This document shows, in pieces, positions 63,174-64,000 of a stretch of 64,000 nucleotides of DNA. Position 1 is the first letter of the stretch. Each line of letters opens with the position of its first letter. The position numbers were made by a program, and so were the translations under genes. The notes below the pieces were generated by a model. The model saw only the letters and a program-made list of their open reading frames with translations. It made no database searches and was not told where the DNA came from. The stretch is from Octopus vulgaris (Eukaryota): positions 24,428,001-24,492,000 of the forward strand of contig OX597822.1 of assembly GCA_951406725.2 (NCBI GenBank). The letters run 5' to 3'.

Positions 63174-63719
63174 CAGTAGTTCCAAATCCGGGGTCCGTGG
63201 ACCGCTGGTGGTCCGTCAACTAAATTCAAAATTTCATATATATATCATCATCATCATCGTTTAACATCCGTTTTCCATGCTAGCATGGGTTGGATGGTTC
63301 AGCCAGGTTCTGGGAAGCCAGTGGGCTGCACCAGACTCCAGTCTGATCTGGCAGTGTTTCTACAGCTGGATGCCCTTCCTAACGCCAACCACTCCATGAG
63401 TGCAGTGGGTGCTTTTTACGTGCCACCAGAGGCTGGTAGCGGCCACGATCGGTTGGTGCTTATTACGTGCCACCGGCACAGAAGCCAGTCAAGGCAGCGC
63501 TGGCATCAGCCACGTTCAAATGGTGCTTTTTACATGCCACCGGTACAGGTATCACAACTACAATTCCCATTTGATATTTATTTTGATGTACTTGACTCAA
63601 TAGGTCTCATATATATATACACACACACACACATTATATATATATATATACATAAAGATAAGCAGATTAAAAGGGGTCTGTGGGAAAACTCATTTAAATA
63701 AAAGGGTTGGGAGCCACTG
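63174..63719. mobile_element. hAT MITE with nested RTE 3'-UTR insertion
   Basis: Perfect 8-bp TSD TTCTAATG (63166-63173, 63720-63727). TIRs CAGTAGTTCCAAA / GTTGGGAGCCACTG. Confidence 0.85.
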
Positions 63720-64000
63720 TTCTAATGCTTCTGCCGGCTCACCACTTATAGGGGTAGAGGGTCAGAAGATATTGAGTCAGAAGAAATACTGCAAGGCATT
63801 TTGTCTAATACACTAATGATCCTCCAATAATAATTACAGCAGTAATAATTTTTTTCTACTATAAGTGCAGCAGTGGCTGTGTGGTAAGAAGCTTGCTTTC
63901 CAACCACATGGTTCCAGGTTCAGTCCCATTGCTTGCGTTGCACCTTAAGCAAGTGTCTTCTGCTATAGACTCAGGCTGACCAAAGCCTTATGAGTGGATT

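Overview
AT-rich, microsatellite-laden eukaryotic DNA dominated by transposable elements. The SINE/LINE repertoire resembles an octopus (cephalopod) genome; this is an inference. Most ORF-track entries are microsatellite or SINE artefacts. Supported content: (1) scattered small exons of a probable minus-strand gene of unknown product that runs off the left edge; (2) several tRNA-derived SINE families and RTE and CR1-like LINE fragments; (3) DNA transposons: a full-length decayed mariner (DD34D), a maT-type (DD37D) derivative, a Merlin derivative, hAT, piggyBac-like and Tc1 MITEs, and two Helitron-like elements; (4) about 14 loci with hammerhead-ribozyme (HHR) motifs in short non-coding Penelope-like (PLE) retroelement termini. 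The HHR set includes compensated core variants (U3:A8, G3:C8), a recurrent U4C variant, a tRNA-headed HHR element with a TSD, and two sequence-unrelated families whose three HHR strands occur in a non-circularly permuted order. All folds were derived by eye; no activity is demonstrated.
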